This document shows, one piece after another, positions 8,530 to 18,116 of a DNA stretch of 27,426 nt. Positions within the stretch are counted from its first letter, which is position 1, and each line of letters starts with the position of its first letter. The stretch lies in the IMG/VR virus record IMGVR_UViG_2671180885_000001, positions 1 through 27,426 of that record. One strand, 5' to 3'. The notes beneath the pieces are model-generated. The model was not told the origin of the DNA. It searched no databases and was given only the letters and a program-made list of their open reading frames with translations. This stretch comes from a virus. Taxonomy: Duplodnaviria; Heunggongvirae; Uroviricota; Caudoviricetes. Position numbers and translations under genes: made by a program.

Positions 8530-9363
8530 TCAGCAATTTGTCAGAGTGTCAGCGGGGGCATTACCGCCTGTTGCACGCTGGCGGTAGTCCTGGCGGCTGT
8601 CTTCATGGCTCAGCTTGTCCACCAGTTCATTAAAGGTGGTCAGCTGTGCCTGCAGGGCTGTCTCCAGCTCAGACAGGCGTTCTTCCTGTTCAGACAGGGA
8701 TTTTTCGGTGCGCGCACTCAGGTTTTGCTGCTCAGTGGCGACCAGCTCCACGGCCTTATGCACATCAGAGAACCGGGCATCATCGGACTGCTCTTTTTTG
8801 GTGAACAGCGCCGTGACACGGGCAAACAGGGATGGTTTTTCGTCCTGGACTTCTTCCAGTTCGATCACCGTTTCCTCTGCAGCGGTAAAGAGATTGGCGG
8901 GGTTCTGCTTGCGGTTTGCCAGCGGGTTATGGGCTGCACTGGCGCTGAATGTCAGCATTTCAGTGCCCAGACTGGCAGGGTCATCAGTGGCAGCCAGGCC
9001 AACCAGGTAGGCTTTGCCCGTATCAGCAAACTTCGGGCTGACTTCCATAGAGGTGAATAATTTCTGGCCTTTTTTCACCAGCTCCACCAGGGACTCCGTT
9101 GGCTCAACGTCGGCATACAGCGCCATCTTGCCTGCCAGCGGACCTTCCTTGATTTCTTCAGCAAACAGCGCCGTCACCTTGCCGTAGCGGTTAAAGGTGC
9201 TGTCCGGCAGATAAGACTTGATGTGCTCAAGGTTAATCAGCGCGGTATACACCGCCGGGTTGTAGCTGGCTGCCATCTGTTCCAGCCATTCACGCTGGAT
9301 TTCGCGTCCGTCGGTGGTGGCACCTTCCACCCCGATGCGAAAACGCTTTGCTTTCACTGTCAT
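8530..9363 (-). CDS. O: Capsid scaffolding protein (P2 gpO-like)
   Basis: ORF track 277 aa; coiled-coil C-terminal region; divergent from P. Confidence 0.8.
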   Translation of the reverse strand: MTVKAKRFRIGVEGATTDGREIQREWLEQMAASYNPAVYTALINLEHIKSYLPDSTFNRYGKVTALFAEEIKEGPLAGKMALYADVEPTESLVELVKKGQKLFTSMEVSPKFADTGKAYLVGLAATDDPASLGTEMLTFSASAAHNPLANRKQNPANLFTAAEETVIELEEVQDEKPSLFARVTALFTKKEQSDDARFSDVHKAVELVATEQQNLSARTEKSLSEQEERLSELETALQAQLTTFNELVDKLSHEDSRQDYRQRATGGNAPADTLTNC

Positions 9364-9441
9364 GAGCCGTGCTCCGTTAGAAAAAACTTACTGGAGCCTT
9401 ATGGTTGCGGTGATAGGGGCAGTGAAACAATGCGCGGTATT

Positions 9442-9459
9442 TGTACCGACAATCACACA
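9442..9459. promoter_or_regulatory. Putative late-promoter activator site (TGT-N12-ACA) in the O/P divergent intergenic region
   Basis: TGTACCGACAATCACACA centred about 55 bp upstream of the P start codon, same spacing as the dyad upstream of V. Confidence 0.3.
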
Positions 9460-9505
9460 AACCGCAGGCGGGGAAAGCCTTCATTCAAGGCTGTAGGTTT
9501 GTGCC

Positions 9506-11272
9506 ATGAACACCACACTGACACCCGCAGATCTCGATCCCCGTCGGCAGGCCATGCTGCTGTACTTTCAGGGATACCGCGTCGCCCGCATTGCTGAAAT
9601 GCTGGGCGAGAAAGTTGCAACCGTTCACAGCTGGAAAAAACGCGACAAGTGGGGTGACTATGGGCCGCTGGATCAGATGCAGCTCACCACCGCCGCACGC
9701 TACTGCCAGCTCATTATGAAGGAGCACAAAGAAGGGAAAGATTTCAAAGAGATTGACCTGCTGGCGCGCCAGTCGGAACGCCACGCGCGGATCGGCAAGT
9801 TTAACAATGGCGGCAACGAAGCCGACTTAAACCCTAACGTCGCCAACCGTAACAAAGGCCCGCGCCGTCAGCCGGAAAAGAATGTTTTCACCGATGAACA
9901 GATTGAGAAGCTGGAAGAAATCTTTCATTCCTCCATGTTCAACTACCAGCGCCACTGGTGGGAAGCCGGAAAAACCAACCGCATCCGCAACCTGCTGAAG
10001 TCACGCCAGATCGGCGCGACCTTCTATTTTGCCCGTGAAGCCCTGATTGACGCCCTGCTGACCGGACGTAACCAGATTTTCCTTTCCGCCAGTAAGGCAC
10101 AGGCCCACGTCTTTAAGCAGTACATCATCGACTTCGCCAAAGAAGTGGAGGTGGAGCTGAAAGGCGATCCGATGGTGCTTCCCAACGGGGCCACACTGTA
10201 TTTCCTCGGCACCAATGCCCGCACGGCCCAGAGTTACCACGGCAACCTGTATCTGGATGAATATTTCTGGATACCGAAATTCCAGGAGCTGCGCAAAGTG
10301 GCTTCCGGTATGGCTATTCACAAGAAATGGCGACAGACCTATTTTTCCACGCCATCCAGCCTGACACACAGTGCTTATCCGTTCTGGTCCGGTGCGCTGT
10401 TCAACCGTGGGCGCAACAAAGCCGACAAGGTGGACATCGACCTGTCCCACAGCAATCTGGCCCCCGGCCTGCTGTGCGCAGACGGGCAATACCGCCAGAT
10501 AGTCACCGTGGAAGATGCGGTGCGCGGCGGCTGTAACCTGTTCGACCTCGACCAGTTGCGCATGGAGTACAGCCCGGACGAATACCAGAACCTGCTGATG
10601 TGCGAGTTCGTTGACGATCTCGCATCTGTGTTCCCGCTCAGCGAATTGCAGGCGTGCATGGTGGACAGCTGGGAAGTCTGGACCGACTTTCATGCACTGG
10701 CCCTGCGCCCGTTTGGCTGGCGCGAAGTGTGGATCGGTTATGACCCGGCAAAAGGTACGCAGAACGGCGACAGCGCCGGATGCGTGGTGGTGGCTCCGCC
10801 AGCCGTGCCGGGCGGTAAGTTTCGCATTCTTGAGCGTCACCAGTGGCGCGGGATGGACTTCCGCGCCCAGGCGGACGCCATCAAAAAACTGACCGAACAG
10901 TACAACGTGACCTATATCGGTATCGACTCAACCGGCGTCGGTCACGGGGTTTACGAGAACGTGAAAGCGTTCTTTCCTGCCGTCCGGGAGTTTGTCTACA
11001 ACCCCAACGTTAAAAACGCCCTGGTACTCAAGGCCTACGACATTATCAGCCACCGCCGTCTGGAGTTTGACGCCGGACATACCGACATTGCGCAGTCATT
11101 CATGGCAATCCGTCGCGCCACCACCGCCAGTGGCAACCGCCCGACCTACGAAGCCAGCCGCAGCGAAGAAGCCAGCCATGCCGATCTGGCATGGGCAACC
11201 ATGCACGCACTGTTTAACGAACCGCTGCAGGGCGAGTCCGCCAATACCAGCAATATTGTGGAGATTTTTTGA
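9506..11272 (+). CDS. P: Terminase large (ATPase) subunit (P2 gpP-like)
   Basis: ORF track 588 aa; ATG at 9506. Confidence 0.85.
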   Translation: MNTTLTPADLDPRRQAMLLYFQGYRVARIAEMLGEKVATVHSWKKRDKWGDYGPLDQMQLTTAARYCQLIMKEHKEGKDFKEIDLLARQSERHARIGKFNNGGNEADLNPNVANRNKGPRRQPEKNVFTDEQIEKLEEIFHSSMFNYQRHWWEAGKTNRIRNLLKSRQIGATFYFAREALIDALLTGRNQIFLSASKAQAHVFKQYIIDFAKEVEVELKGDPMVLPNGATLYFLGTNARTAQSYHGNLYLDEYFWIPKFQELRKVASGMAIHKKWRQTYFSTPSSLTHSAYPFWSGALFNRGRNKADKVDIDLSHSNLAPGLLCADGQYRQIVTVEDAVRGGCNLFDLDQLRMEYSPDEYQNLLMCEFVDDLASVFPLSELQACMVDSWEVWTDFHALALRPFGWREVWIGYDPAKGTQNGDSAGCVVVAPPAVPGGKFRILERHQWRGMDFRAQADAIKKLTEQYNVTYIGIDSTGVGHGVYENVKAFFPAVREFVYNPNVKNALVLKAYDIISHRRLEFDAGHTDIAQSFMAIRRATTASGNRPTYEASRSEEASHADLAWATMHALFNEPLQGESANTSNIVEIF

Positions 11273-12312
11273 TGAAAGAACATATCGCGCCAGGCGAAAC
11301 CGTAACTGCAGAAGAAACTAAAAAACCCGTTGCGGAGGCTTTCAGCTTTGGTGATCCCATTCCTGTACTGGACCGCCGCGAACTGCTGGACTATGTGGAA
11401 TGCGTACAGATGGATCGCTGGTATGAGCCGCCCGTCAGTTTTGACGGACTGGCACGAACCTTCCGCGCCGCCGTGCACCACAGCTCCCCGATCAGTGTTA
11501 AACGTGACATCATCAGCAGTACCTATATTCCACATCGCCTTCTCAGCCAGCAGGCATTTACCCGTTTTGTGCAGGACTATCTGGTTTTTGGTAACGCCTA
11601 TCTGGAGAAGCGCACGAATCGCTTTGGTGAAGTTATTTCGCTGGAGCCTGCACTGGCAAAATACACCCGGCGCGGGCTTGACCTTGAAACATACTGGTTT
11701 GTGCAATACAGCCTGACGACACAGCCGTATCAGTTCACAAAAGGTAACGTCTTCCACCTGATGGAGCCGGATATCAACCAGGAGATTTATGGTCTGCCGG
11801 GTTACCTTTCTGCCATTCCGTCAGCTCTGCTCAACGAATCCGCCACGCTGTTCCGCCGCAAGTATTACATTAACGGCAGCCACGCAGGCTTCATCATGTA
11901 CATGACCGACGCCGCGCAGAACCAGGAGGATGTGAACAACATCCGCAAGGCAATGAAAAGTGCTAAAGGGCCGGGCAACTTCCGCAACCTGTTTATGTAC
12001 TCGCCTAACGGCAAAAAAGATGGCATTCAGATTATCCCGTTGTCGGAAGTCGCGGCGAAGGATGAATTTCTGAACATCAAGAACGTCAGCCGCGATGACA
12101 TGATGGCGGCTCACCGCGTACCGCCGCAAATGATGGGCATCATTCCCAACAACACTGGCGGCTTTGGTGATGTGGAAAAAGCGAGCCGTGTCTTCGTCCG
12201 CAATGAACTGATGCCACTGCAAAAGCGACTGCAGGAGCTGAATGACTGGCTGAATGAAGAGGTGATCCGTTTTGAAGCTTATGACTTAGGGCTTAAGGGC
12301 AAACGAGGCTGA
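11272..12312 (+). CDS. Q: Portal protein (P2 gpQ-like)
   Basis: ORF track 11269..12312; ATG at 11272 overlaps the P stop (TGATG); P-Q order toward cos as in P2. Confidence 0.85.
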   Translation: MKEHIAPGETVTAEETKKPVAEAFSFGDPIPVLDRRELLDYVECVQMDRWYEPPVSFDGLARTFRAAVHHSSPISVKRDIISSTYIPHRLLSQQAFTRFVQDYLVFGNAYLEKRTNRFGEVISLEPALAKYTRRGLDLETYWFVQYSLTTQPYQFTKGNVFHLMEPDINQEIYGLPGYLSAIPSALLNESATLFRRKYYINGSHAGFIMYMTDAAQNQEDVNNIRKAMKSAKGPGNFRNLFMYSPNGKKDGIQIIPLSEVAAKDEFLNIKNVSRDDMMAAHRVPPQMMGIIPNNTGGFGDVEKASRVFVRNELMPLQKRLQELNDWLNEEVIRFEAYDLGLKGKRG

Positions 12313-12347
12313 CATACTCATAACATCAAAACCCGACCAACTCTCAC

Positions 12348-12383
12348 AACGCCTCAGCAGCATTCTGCGGGGCGTTTCTTTTT
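12348..12383 (+). terminator. Putative intrinsic terminator downstream of Q
   Basis: Imperfect GC-rich hairpin (AACGCC..GCAG / CTGC..GGCGTT) followed by TCTTTTT. Confidence 0.4.
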
Positions 12384-12472
12384 GCCCTGAATCTCCCCCC
12401 CCTCCACTAAATGAGGCCGCCAGCGGGCCAGAGGCTGTGCCGGATTTTGGCCATTTTACCCCGTTGCGCGCG

Positions 12473-12491
12473 CTCGTATCCCCGCCACGCC
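12473..12491. other. Putative cos (cohesive end) site
   Basis: Minus strand reads GGCGTGGCGGGGATACGAG; the first 13 nt match the start of the 186/P2 19-nt cohesive end as I recall it; position between Q and the tum/dinI-A block is where cos lies in P2-family prophages. Confidence 0.4.
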
Positions 12492-12694
12492 TGCCCGCTT
12501 TGTGTAGTGGTTTTCATGCACCTGCATGACATAAGCAAAAGCCCGCCAGTTCTGGCGGGCCTGAGCAAAAACGATCCTCAAACGATCATGCGATTTCATG
12601 CGGCATAGACATGCACAACAGCACTAACGCCTCGCGTGGCTCGTTGTTCAACCTTGCGGACGGTAAAAACCAGTTTTATCGTCCGCAACGTTCG

Positions 12695-12928
12695 CTAATG
12701 TAACCAGCTGTCGTCCTCCCAGACCTGCTGCATTATTTCCATCACTCGCTTTTTATCTTCATCCAGTTTTAACCCGCTCAGCTCAACGCCGTTGGCACTG
12801 CCCTTACGGATACGAATTGCTGTTTTGGGATACAGAGGGCGCAAATTACGGTAAAGCTCGGATTCAAGGGCGTCCAGTGTAGCCTGGCTAATCTTCTGCT
12901 CTTTATCGATCATTATTTCAATGCGCAT
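12695..12928 (-). CDS. DinI-family protein
   Basis: ORF track 77 aa, MRIEIMIDKEQ...EIMQQVWEDDSWLH, typical DinI length and termini; own RBS AAGGGA. Confidence 0.75.
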   Translation of the reverse strand: MRIEIMIDKEQKISQATLDALESELYRNLRPLYPKTAIRIRKGSANGVELSGLKLDEDKKRVMEIMQQVWEDDSWLH

Positions 12929-12939
12929 ACAGATTTCCC

Positions 12940-13155
12940 TTAACTGGTTACGTCCATTGACCGGCAGTATTCATGGCTGCGGATTTTCGCCATCAGCTCG
13001 TCGGTCAATTCAGACACCCACTGGATAGCCAGCCGCTTTTCTTCGTCGCTGCACTCACTAGCCGCTACAAGCTTAATAAAAAAATCAATGCGCTGGAGCT
13101 TCAACGACTCCAAAAGATAGTCCTGCATCTTCCCTCCTATCACGACCCCGGACAT
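12940..13155 (-). CDS. Small SOS-controlled protein, possible Tum-like antirepressor (start uncertain, alternative ATG at 13128)
   Basis: ORF track 71 aa; directly downstream of a strong LexA box; position matches the 186 tum region downstream of A. Confidence 0.4.
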   Translation of the reverse strand: MSGVVIGGKMQDYLLESLKLQRIDFFIKLVAASECSDEEKRLAIQWVSELTDELMAKIRSHEYCRSMDVTS

Positions 13156-13175
13156 GCGTTAACTGTATGCATATC

Positions 13176-13195
13176 CACTGTTTATATATACAGTA
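13176..13195 (-). promoter_or_regulatory. LexA operator (SOS box) overlapping the promoter of the tum-like/dinI-like operon
   Basis: Minus strand TACTGTATATATAAACAGTG, i.e. CTGT-N8-ACAG with AT-rich spacer; overlaps a TATACT -10-like hexamer about 20 bp upstream of the ATG at 13155. Confidence 0.65.
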
Positions 13196-13289
13196 TACCC
13201 CTGATATCCAAAAGTAAAATATTTTTTATCCGTCAATGAGAACGTTCTTACGAGGGTCGTTAAGAGCATGAATTGTTAAAGCCTTGCCG

Positions 13290-15683
13290 TCAGTACCACT
13301 GGCGCCATTTGTCATCTTCCTGCAGTCGATGGTTGCGGTAAAAAATCCGTAGCCCGGCACCTGACGGAATGCTGCCACCACGCAGAAGCAAATCAATCTC
13401 AGATGCACTACCTTCAAACCCTCTGGCAGTCAGTTCTGCCTCAAGCTGCAGGCTCTGCTGCTCCGAAATACTCTGTTTGAATGCTTTTTTCCGCTTCGGT
13501 TTTACCAGTCTTAACCTGGCTGTCAGCTCCCGGCGTTCCTTCTGGCCCATATTGTGGAGGTAATCGTGCAGTTCCTGCTCATTCATGGTTTTAATATCGG
13601 GCAAATCACCCCCTGATTTGTTCAGATTTTCAACAGGGGGACAGTTATTGCCACGAGTCCAAGGGGCGCAAGCGCCCTGGTCGGCTGCCGCCTCCTGAAC
13701 GTCAACGACCTTACGAACCATTTTCCATTTCATTGCATGAGTGCAGATCTTGCCCTGTACAATGGGTGACCAGATGCCATAAATACGAATACCGTGATCG
13801 CCATAAGCGGTCGGCTCTTCGTTAATTTCATAAGCTGTTCTGATAAGGTGATATTTGCGGGGAACCAGTACGCCGCCCTGCTTCATGATGTAGGTGGCAA
13901 AACAGCCAGCATCAGCGGCAGCCAGGATGGCATCAAGGCGCGGGTCATCCAGTACCGGCGCACCTGCTTTTTTGTCACCCTGTTGCCTTGCCGCCTGACC
14001 AGCCAGCAAGCGAAGTTCACGGTACGCCTGACGCCCCGGAATACCAAAGAAGCGGAACTGCTGAACACGATGCAGAGACGCCCAGGCATTAACGTATTCG
14101 GCGTTATCACGCAGGGATTTACCCGTTTCCTTGCTGATCTCGCCAGCCAGACCACGTCCGTCAATGTTCTTACTGATGTATTTCGCGATGTAGCTTGTCG
14201 GCGTTCCTTTGCGCGGGTTTATCAGCTCAGACTTAAAGCGTGGACCAGTGTTATTACCCAGCTCCTCGCGGTCTTCACGAATGGCAAACTTACGCAACAA
14301 AGCAGTAATGGCGCGGCGATCTTTTTTGCGCATAAAACACAACAGGTGCCAGTGAACTGTACCGTCATGATGCGGCTCAGCCACCCGCACGCCATACCAG
14401 CGCAATCCGGCTTTGTGCATCGCCTTACGAAATGCAGCAAACATGCCGACCAGATAATCACTGCTTTGTCTTACCGTCGCATTTGTCCAGGTCGGGTTGG
14501 GCCTGCCGTTATTTAGCGTGGAATGGAAACGTGACGGACAGGTGATGGTGTAGAAAACGGCGCAGTCACCGCGCATTTCCGCGATAAGCTCCAGACCTTT
14601 AACACAGGCCATCATCTCATTGCGGCGATGCGCAGGGTTGCTGCTGCTGGCGTTTACCACATCCTCCATGTCCAGCGTGTCGCCGTCTTCGTTCACCAGT
14701 TCATGAGAACGGAAAAACTCCAGCGACTTACGGCGCTGCTCACGTTTATGCATCACGGCTTCATAGCTGACATAAGGAGATGCTTTTTTGCTGACCAGGC
14801 AGACAGCGCGCAACTGCTCTTCCCGCCATTCGCAACGCATCTTCCATAATTTCCGATACCACCAGTCGGCGCACAACATACGCGCCAGCGAACCCGGAAT
14901 GAGTTCATAGGGCACGGGTTTACGGCGGTTTCTTTTCCGGCGGAGTTGATCAAACGCAGGCGGGATGACATCCAGACGCAGGGTTTCCGCTGCCACCTTT
15001 TCCCATGTCTTGCGGATTTCTTCTGGCTTAACGTCATCGGTGACATACAAATCGCCACAAGCTGCATCAAGGCACATGCTCATATGCGCAGCGACAAGGG
15101 TAGACAAGCGTTTCACCTGCTCCTGACTCATTTCAGGCAGGATCAGCAGGCCGTCCAGCCCTTCATGGCTTGCCATAAAGCGAAAAGAAGTGGATAGCTG
15201 ACTGTCGCGTACATGCTCCAGTCGTTCCAGACATGGCTTAATCGTCTCACGCAAATAGCGGGAATAAGCCTTTGGCCTGCCCAGACTGCTGAAGTATTCA
15301 ATACGTTGCATCAGCGGCTTGCTGATATGGGAAGGCTGGGCGTTAACGTCTGCCAGAATGACCATGTCCGGGTTAAAACGCTGCTGCTCATGCGCCAGCT
15401 TTGCCCGGCTAATGAGCTTATCCTGCTCCATTTCGCGTTGGACAGGATCACGGGATTCATTAAAGAAATAACGCTCCCAGACCTGATCACTCAGTGCCTC
15501 GCGGCGCAGTTGTTCCTGCTCGTTATCGGCAGCGTACAGAGTGATCAGGTTTGAAAGCGCAGAAACCGGCGCAACTTCCGCCGGGTCCAGATAAGGGTTA
15601 ATGGCCTTTTTCGGGCTGTTCCATGAGAATGCTGCGGCGACCTCGTTAAAGCCGCTGCAGTTGTTCATATCATCATGGCTCAT
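13290..15683 (-). CDS. A: Replication initiation endonuclease (P2 gpA-like, rolling-circle HUH-type)
   Basis: ORF track 797 aa; VHWHLL HUH-like motif and YIAKYISK tyrosine motif; ATG overlaps Dam stop. Confidence 0.85.
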   Translation of the reverse strand: MSHDDMNNCSGFNEVAAAFSWNSPKKAINPYLDPAEVAPVSALSNLITLYAADNEQEQLRREALSDQVWERYFFNESRDPVQREMEQDKLISRAKLAHEQQRFNPDMVILADVNAQPSHISKPLMQRIEYFSSLGRPKAYSRYLRETIKPCLERLEHVRDSQLSTSFRFMASHEGLDGLLILPEMSQEQVKRLSTLVAAHMSMCLDAACGDLYVTDDVKPEEIRKTWEKVAAETLRLDVIPPAFDQLRRKRNRRKPVPYELIPGSLARMLCADWWYRKLWKMRCEWREEQLRAVCLVSKKASPYVSYEAVMHKREQRRKSLEFFRSHELVNEDGDTLDMEDVVNASSSNPAHRRNEMMACVKGLELIAEMRGDCAVFYTITCPSRFHSTLNNGRPNPTWTNATVRQSSDYLVGMFAAFRKAMHKAGLRWYGVRVAEPHHDGTVHWHLLCFMRKKDRRAITALLRKFAIREDREELGNNTGPRFKSELINPRKGTPTSYIAKYISKNIDGRGLAGEISKETGKSLRDNAEYVNAWASLHRVQQFRFFGIPGRQAYRELRLLAGQAARQQGDKKAGAPVLDDPRLDAILAAADAGCFATYIMKQGGVLVPRKYHLIRTAYEINEEPTAYGDHGIRIYGIWSPIVQGKICTHAMKWKMVRKVVDVQEAAADQGACAPWTRGNNCPPVENLNKSGGDLPDIKTMNEQELHDYLHNMGQKERRELTARLRLVKPKRKKAFKQSISEQQSLQLEAELTARGFEGSASEIDLLLRGGSIPSGAGLRIFYRNHRLQEDDKWRQWY

Positions 15684-16537
15684 GCACGCACTCCGTACAT
15701 GGCAGAACTATCCACGCCACGCGAAGGATCAAATCCCACCCAGCAGCGCGCCCCGGAAACAGCAATGATTTCTGTTGCAGATTTACTCTCGCCAGCCGAC
15801 ACGCCGATGCTGCGTTTTGCCTTGATGTAGTGGTGAGTGAAATTGCGATACAGCGAACGAATCAGGGATGTGTCACTGTTAGAAACAATGACCGGATGAC
15901 CTTCAGATGATCGATGTTCAAGAACGGATGCCAGGTGATACTGGTCATCTTCAGTGAAGCCATCAGTGTGATAGCCGGAAAACGTACCGTCATACGGCGG
16001 ATCGCAATACACCACATCCCCCACCTGCAGCATCGCCAGCGTTTCATCAAAGCTTGCGCAGATAAACGTTGCACGCTGGGCTTTCTCTGCAAATGCGCGA
16101 ATTTCTTTTTCAGGGAAATACGGATTTTTATAATTACCGTACGGAATGTTGAAATGCCCGCTCTTGTTATAGCGACATAATCCACGGTAACCATGACGAT
16201 TGAGATACAGGAAATATACCGCTTTCATGAAATCAGTAATTTCAGTGGAGTAATTAAACTCCTGCCTTATGTTGTAATAAGCCACCTCCCTGTTTGCTTC
16301 CTCAAATAAAGCTCTGGCACGAGATATAAACGCCTCGCAATCAGCAGCAACCTTTTTATAGAGGTTGATTAAATCAGGATTAATATCCGCAACAAGATAG
16401 CTGGGGTAATCCGTCTCCATCATCACAGCACAGGAACCCGCGAAAGGTTCAACCAGTCGCGGGCCAGCAGGAAGGTGTTTTTTCAGTTCGGACATAATGG
16501 CGATTTTATTTCCCGCCCATTTCAGGATGGTGCTCAT
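15680..16537 (-). CDS. DNA adenine methyltransferase (Dam family, N6-adenine, probable GATC specificity)
   Basis: ORF track 15680..16597; internal ATG at 16537 ([11 protein letters not shown]) with GGAGG upstream; motifs FAGSCAV (AdoMet binding) and DPPY (catalytic); ATGA overlaps with both neighbours. Confidence 0.8.
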   Translation of the reverse strand: MSTILKWAGNKIAIMSELKKHLPAGPRLVEPFAGSCAVMMETDYPSYLVADINPDLINLYKKVAADCEAFISRARALFEEANREVAYYNIRQEFNYSTEITDFMKAVYFLYLNRHGYRGLCRYNKSGHFNIPYGNYKNPYFPEKEIRAFAEKAQRATFICASFDETLAMLQVGDVVYCDPPYDGTFSGYHTDGFTEDDQYHLASVLEHRSSEGHPVIVSNSDTSLIRSLYRNFTHHYIKAKRSIGVSAGESKSATEIIAVSGARCWVGFDPSRGVDSSAMYGVRA

Positions 16538-16761
16538 ACAGCACCTCCGTTGTAATGTTTGCCTTTCAGCTCTGCAATTTCCTGGCAGGTAATGCAAAGC
16601 TGCACACCCGGAATGGCACGGCGGTGTGCTGGCGGAATTGGCGCTTCACACTCAATGCAAAGCACGCGAGACACGCCCGGTGTTTTGGCACGGGCAGCAC
16701 GGATATGGCGCTGGCGTTCTTCTTCAACGCGCTGCTGTACGAGATCCATTGCATCAGCCAT
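16534..16761 (-). CDS. TraR/DksA-family C4 zinc-finger protein
   Basis: ORF track 75 aa; CIEC...CITC four-cysteine pattern near C-terminus. Confidence 0.65.
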   Translation of the reverse strand: MADAMDLVQQRVEEERQRHIRAARAKTPGVSRVLCIECEAPIPPAHRRAIPGVQLCITCQEIAELKGKHYNGGAV

Positions 16762-16994
16762 TAGTGGATCTCCTGCGCTTCGTTCTGGATTGCTTCAGCA
16801 GTCACACGCAGCAGTTCTGCCGCTTCCACGTGGTTTAGCTGACGGGATGAGATATGACACGCCAGGCTATCAAGGCGAGCTGCCATTGCTTCAGCCCTTG
16901 CCCGGCGTTCTTCCAGACGAGCCTCTGTCAGTAAAATATTAAGCCCTGCATCATCCGGTCCGGTTTTAGTCGTGAGGGTTTCAATATTACGCAT
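16761..16994 (-). CDS. Hypothetical early-region protein
   Basis: ORF track 16761..17000 starts on a non-ATG codon; ATG two codons in (about 16994) sits about 7 nt after AGGAGA; my hand reading of this stretch was internally inconsistent by 1 nt, so exact start is uncertain. Confidence 0.4.
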   Translation of the reverse strand: MRNIETLTTKTGPDDAGLNILLTEARLEERRARAEAMAARLDSLACHISSRQLNHVEAAELLRVTAEAIQNEAQEIH

Positions 16995-17061
16995 AATCAA
17001 TTCTCCTGAATTTAGATAAAGGGATGCCCGGCGGGTTTACGCCATTAATTTCATTAGTTGG

Positions 17062-17403
17062 TTAATTCGGCATGGTTAGCCGTCTGGGAAATAAGCTCAC
17101 CACTGCACGAAAATGATTCATTGCTTTAATCAACTCCCGCTTTTCGTCAGTGGTCAGCTCATTAATGCTGATGCTATGACGTTCAGCTGGAATTTTTGCC
17201 ATAAAGAATATGGCAGCCAGTGCCCGTTTATTTTGTTCGCTATTAATATCCCGTGAATCACGCATATCTTTAATAAACCGCTCAAGCTCTGACTCAATAT
17301 TCAGGCCAAAAACTTTCGCCCTTAACTCCGCAATGTGATTAAGTCCATTCAGGCGTTCACCGGGGCTTAATGGAACAGTCGCCGCAGTGCCTTCAATAGC
17401 CAT
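17062..17403 (-). CDS. Hypothetical protein, somewhat AT-richer than neighbours
   Basis: ORF track 113 aa; in-operon position between B and A. Confidence 0.4.
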   Translation of the reverse strand: MAIEGTAATVPLSPGERLNGLNHIAELRAKVFGLNIESELERFIKDMRDSRDINSEQNKRALAAIFFMAKIPAERHSISINELTTDEKRELIKAMNHFRAVVSLFPRRLTMPN

Positions 17404-17567
17404 TGGTTCCCCCGTTTTTTCGTTGATAGTTCTGCCAGCAATTCATCCTGTGAACGGCACGGATGCCAGCGTTTACCATCCTCACCCATGATCCAGCCGT
17501 GACCGTAGTGCATTGCCGGGCTTTGTTTAACCAGCAGCGATGCAAATGATGGTTCTTTCGTAAGCAT
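17367..17567 (-). CDS. Hypothetical small protein
   Basis: ORF track 17367..17600; internal ATG at 17567 (MLTKEPSF) with GAGGTG upstream, just downstream of the B stop. Confidence 0.35.
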   Translation of the reverse strand: MLTKEPSFASLLVKQSPAMHYGHGWIMGEDGKRWHPCRSQDELLAELSTKKRGNQWLLKALRRLFH

Positions 17568-17574
17568 AAGCACC

Positions 17575-18084
17575 TCACAGCAAACCGAATGAAGCACCAA
17601 GGCCAGTCATGGTATCAACTGCACTCGCCATCGCAGGATTAGCCTGTAAGCGGGCCTGCAATGAAACAGCAGCCAGCGCCATCAGTCGTGTAACAGAGTT
17701 AATGCTGCTGATAGCATCACGACGGCCTGCACTGGTTTTTACATCTCCAGAAACCGCACCTGCCGCGACACGACCTATCTCTGCAGTTGCACTCATGACG
17801 TAATGCGGTAGTTTCTCTTTTGCCACCTCATTAATCGGAACACATGGCAGACAATGAATCTGTGCCAGAAAACCATCTACCAGCGTTGAATCTTCAGTCA
17901 GATCGGTAAGTAGCCAGATATCTGGCGCATTGAGCTGATGCGGTTGATCTGGGTTGAGTTTGTTTCGCAGAGTCTGGACATTCATTCCTGCACGTTCTGC
18001 CAGCTTCGCCATATTGTGACGAAGTGCAAAAGCTCTACAGGCTTCATCAAAATGCGGGTGTTTGGAAATCTTATAATCAAACAT
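17575..18084 (-). CDS. B: Replication protein B (P2 gpB-like, helicase loader)
   Basis: ORF track 169 aa; size and position (between cox-like gene and A) match P2 B. Confidence 0.7.
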   Translation of the reverse strand: MFDYKISKHPHFDEACRAFALRHNMAKLAERAGMNVQTLRNKLNPDQPHQLNAPDIWLLTDLTEDSTLVDGFLAQIHCLPCVPINEVAKEKLPHYVMSATAEIGRVAAGAVSGDVKTSAGRRDAISSINSVTRLMALAAVSLQARLQANPAMASAVDTMTGLGASFGLL

Positions 18085-18116
18085 GCTACCCCCTTAGAAA
18101 GTTCTCATAATTGAAC

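Noticed and set aside
7719-8633. 304-aa plus-strand ORF
   Set aside because: Antisense to the major capsid gene N; the opposite strand has a clear phage gene. The same applies to 10001..10840 (antisense to P), 13794..14516 (antisense to A), 11146..11757, 1054..1641 and 23630..24238.
12395-12402. C8 homopolymer as a phase-variation switch
   Set aside because: It lies in a non-coding gap with no downstream ORF positioned to be controlled by it; noted only as a possible sequencing-error-prone site.
12695-13155. Possibility that the tum-like and DinI-like ORFs are one frameshifted gene
   Set aside because: The downstream ORF has its own ATG with an AAGGGA ribosome-binding site 8 nt upstream and the upstream ORF ends in a clean stop, so two genes are more parsimonious; a single-gene ancestor remains possible.
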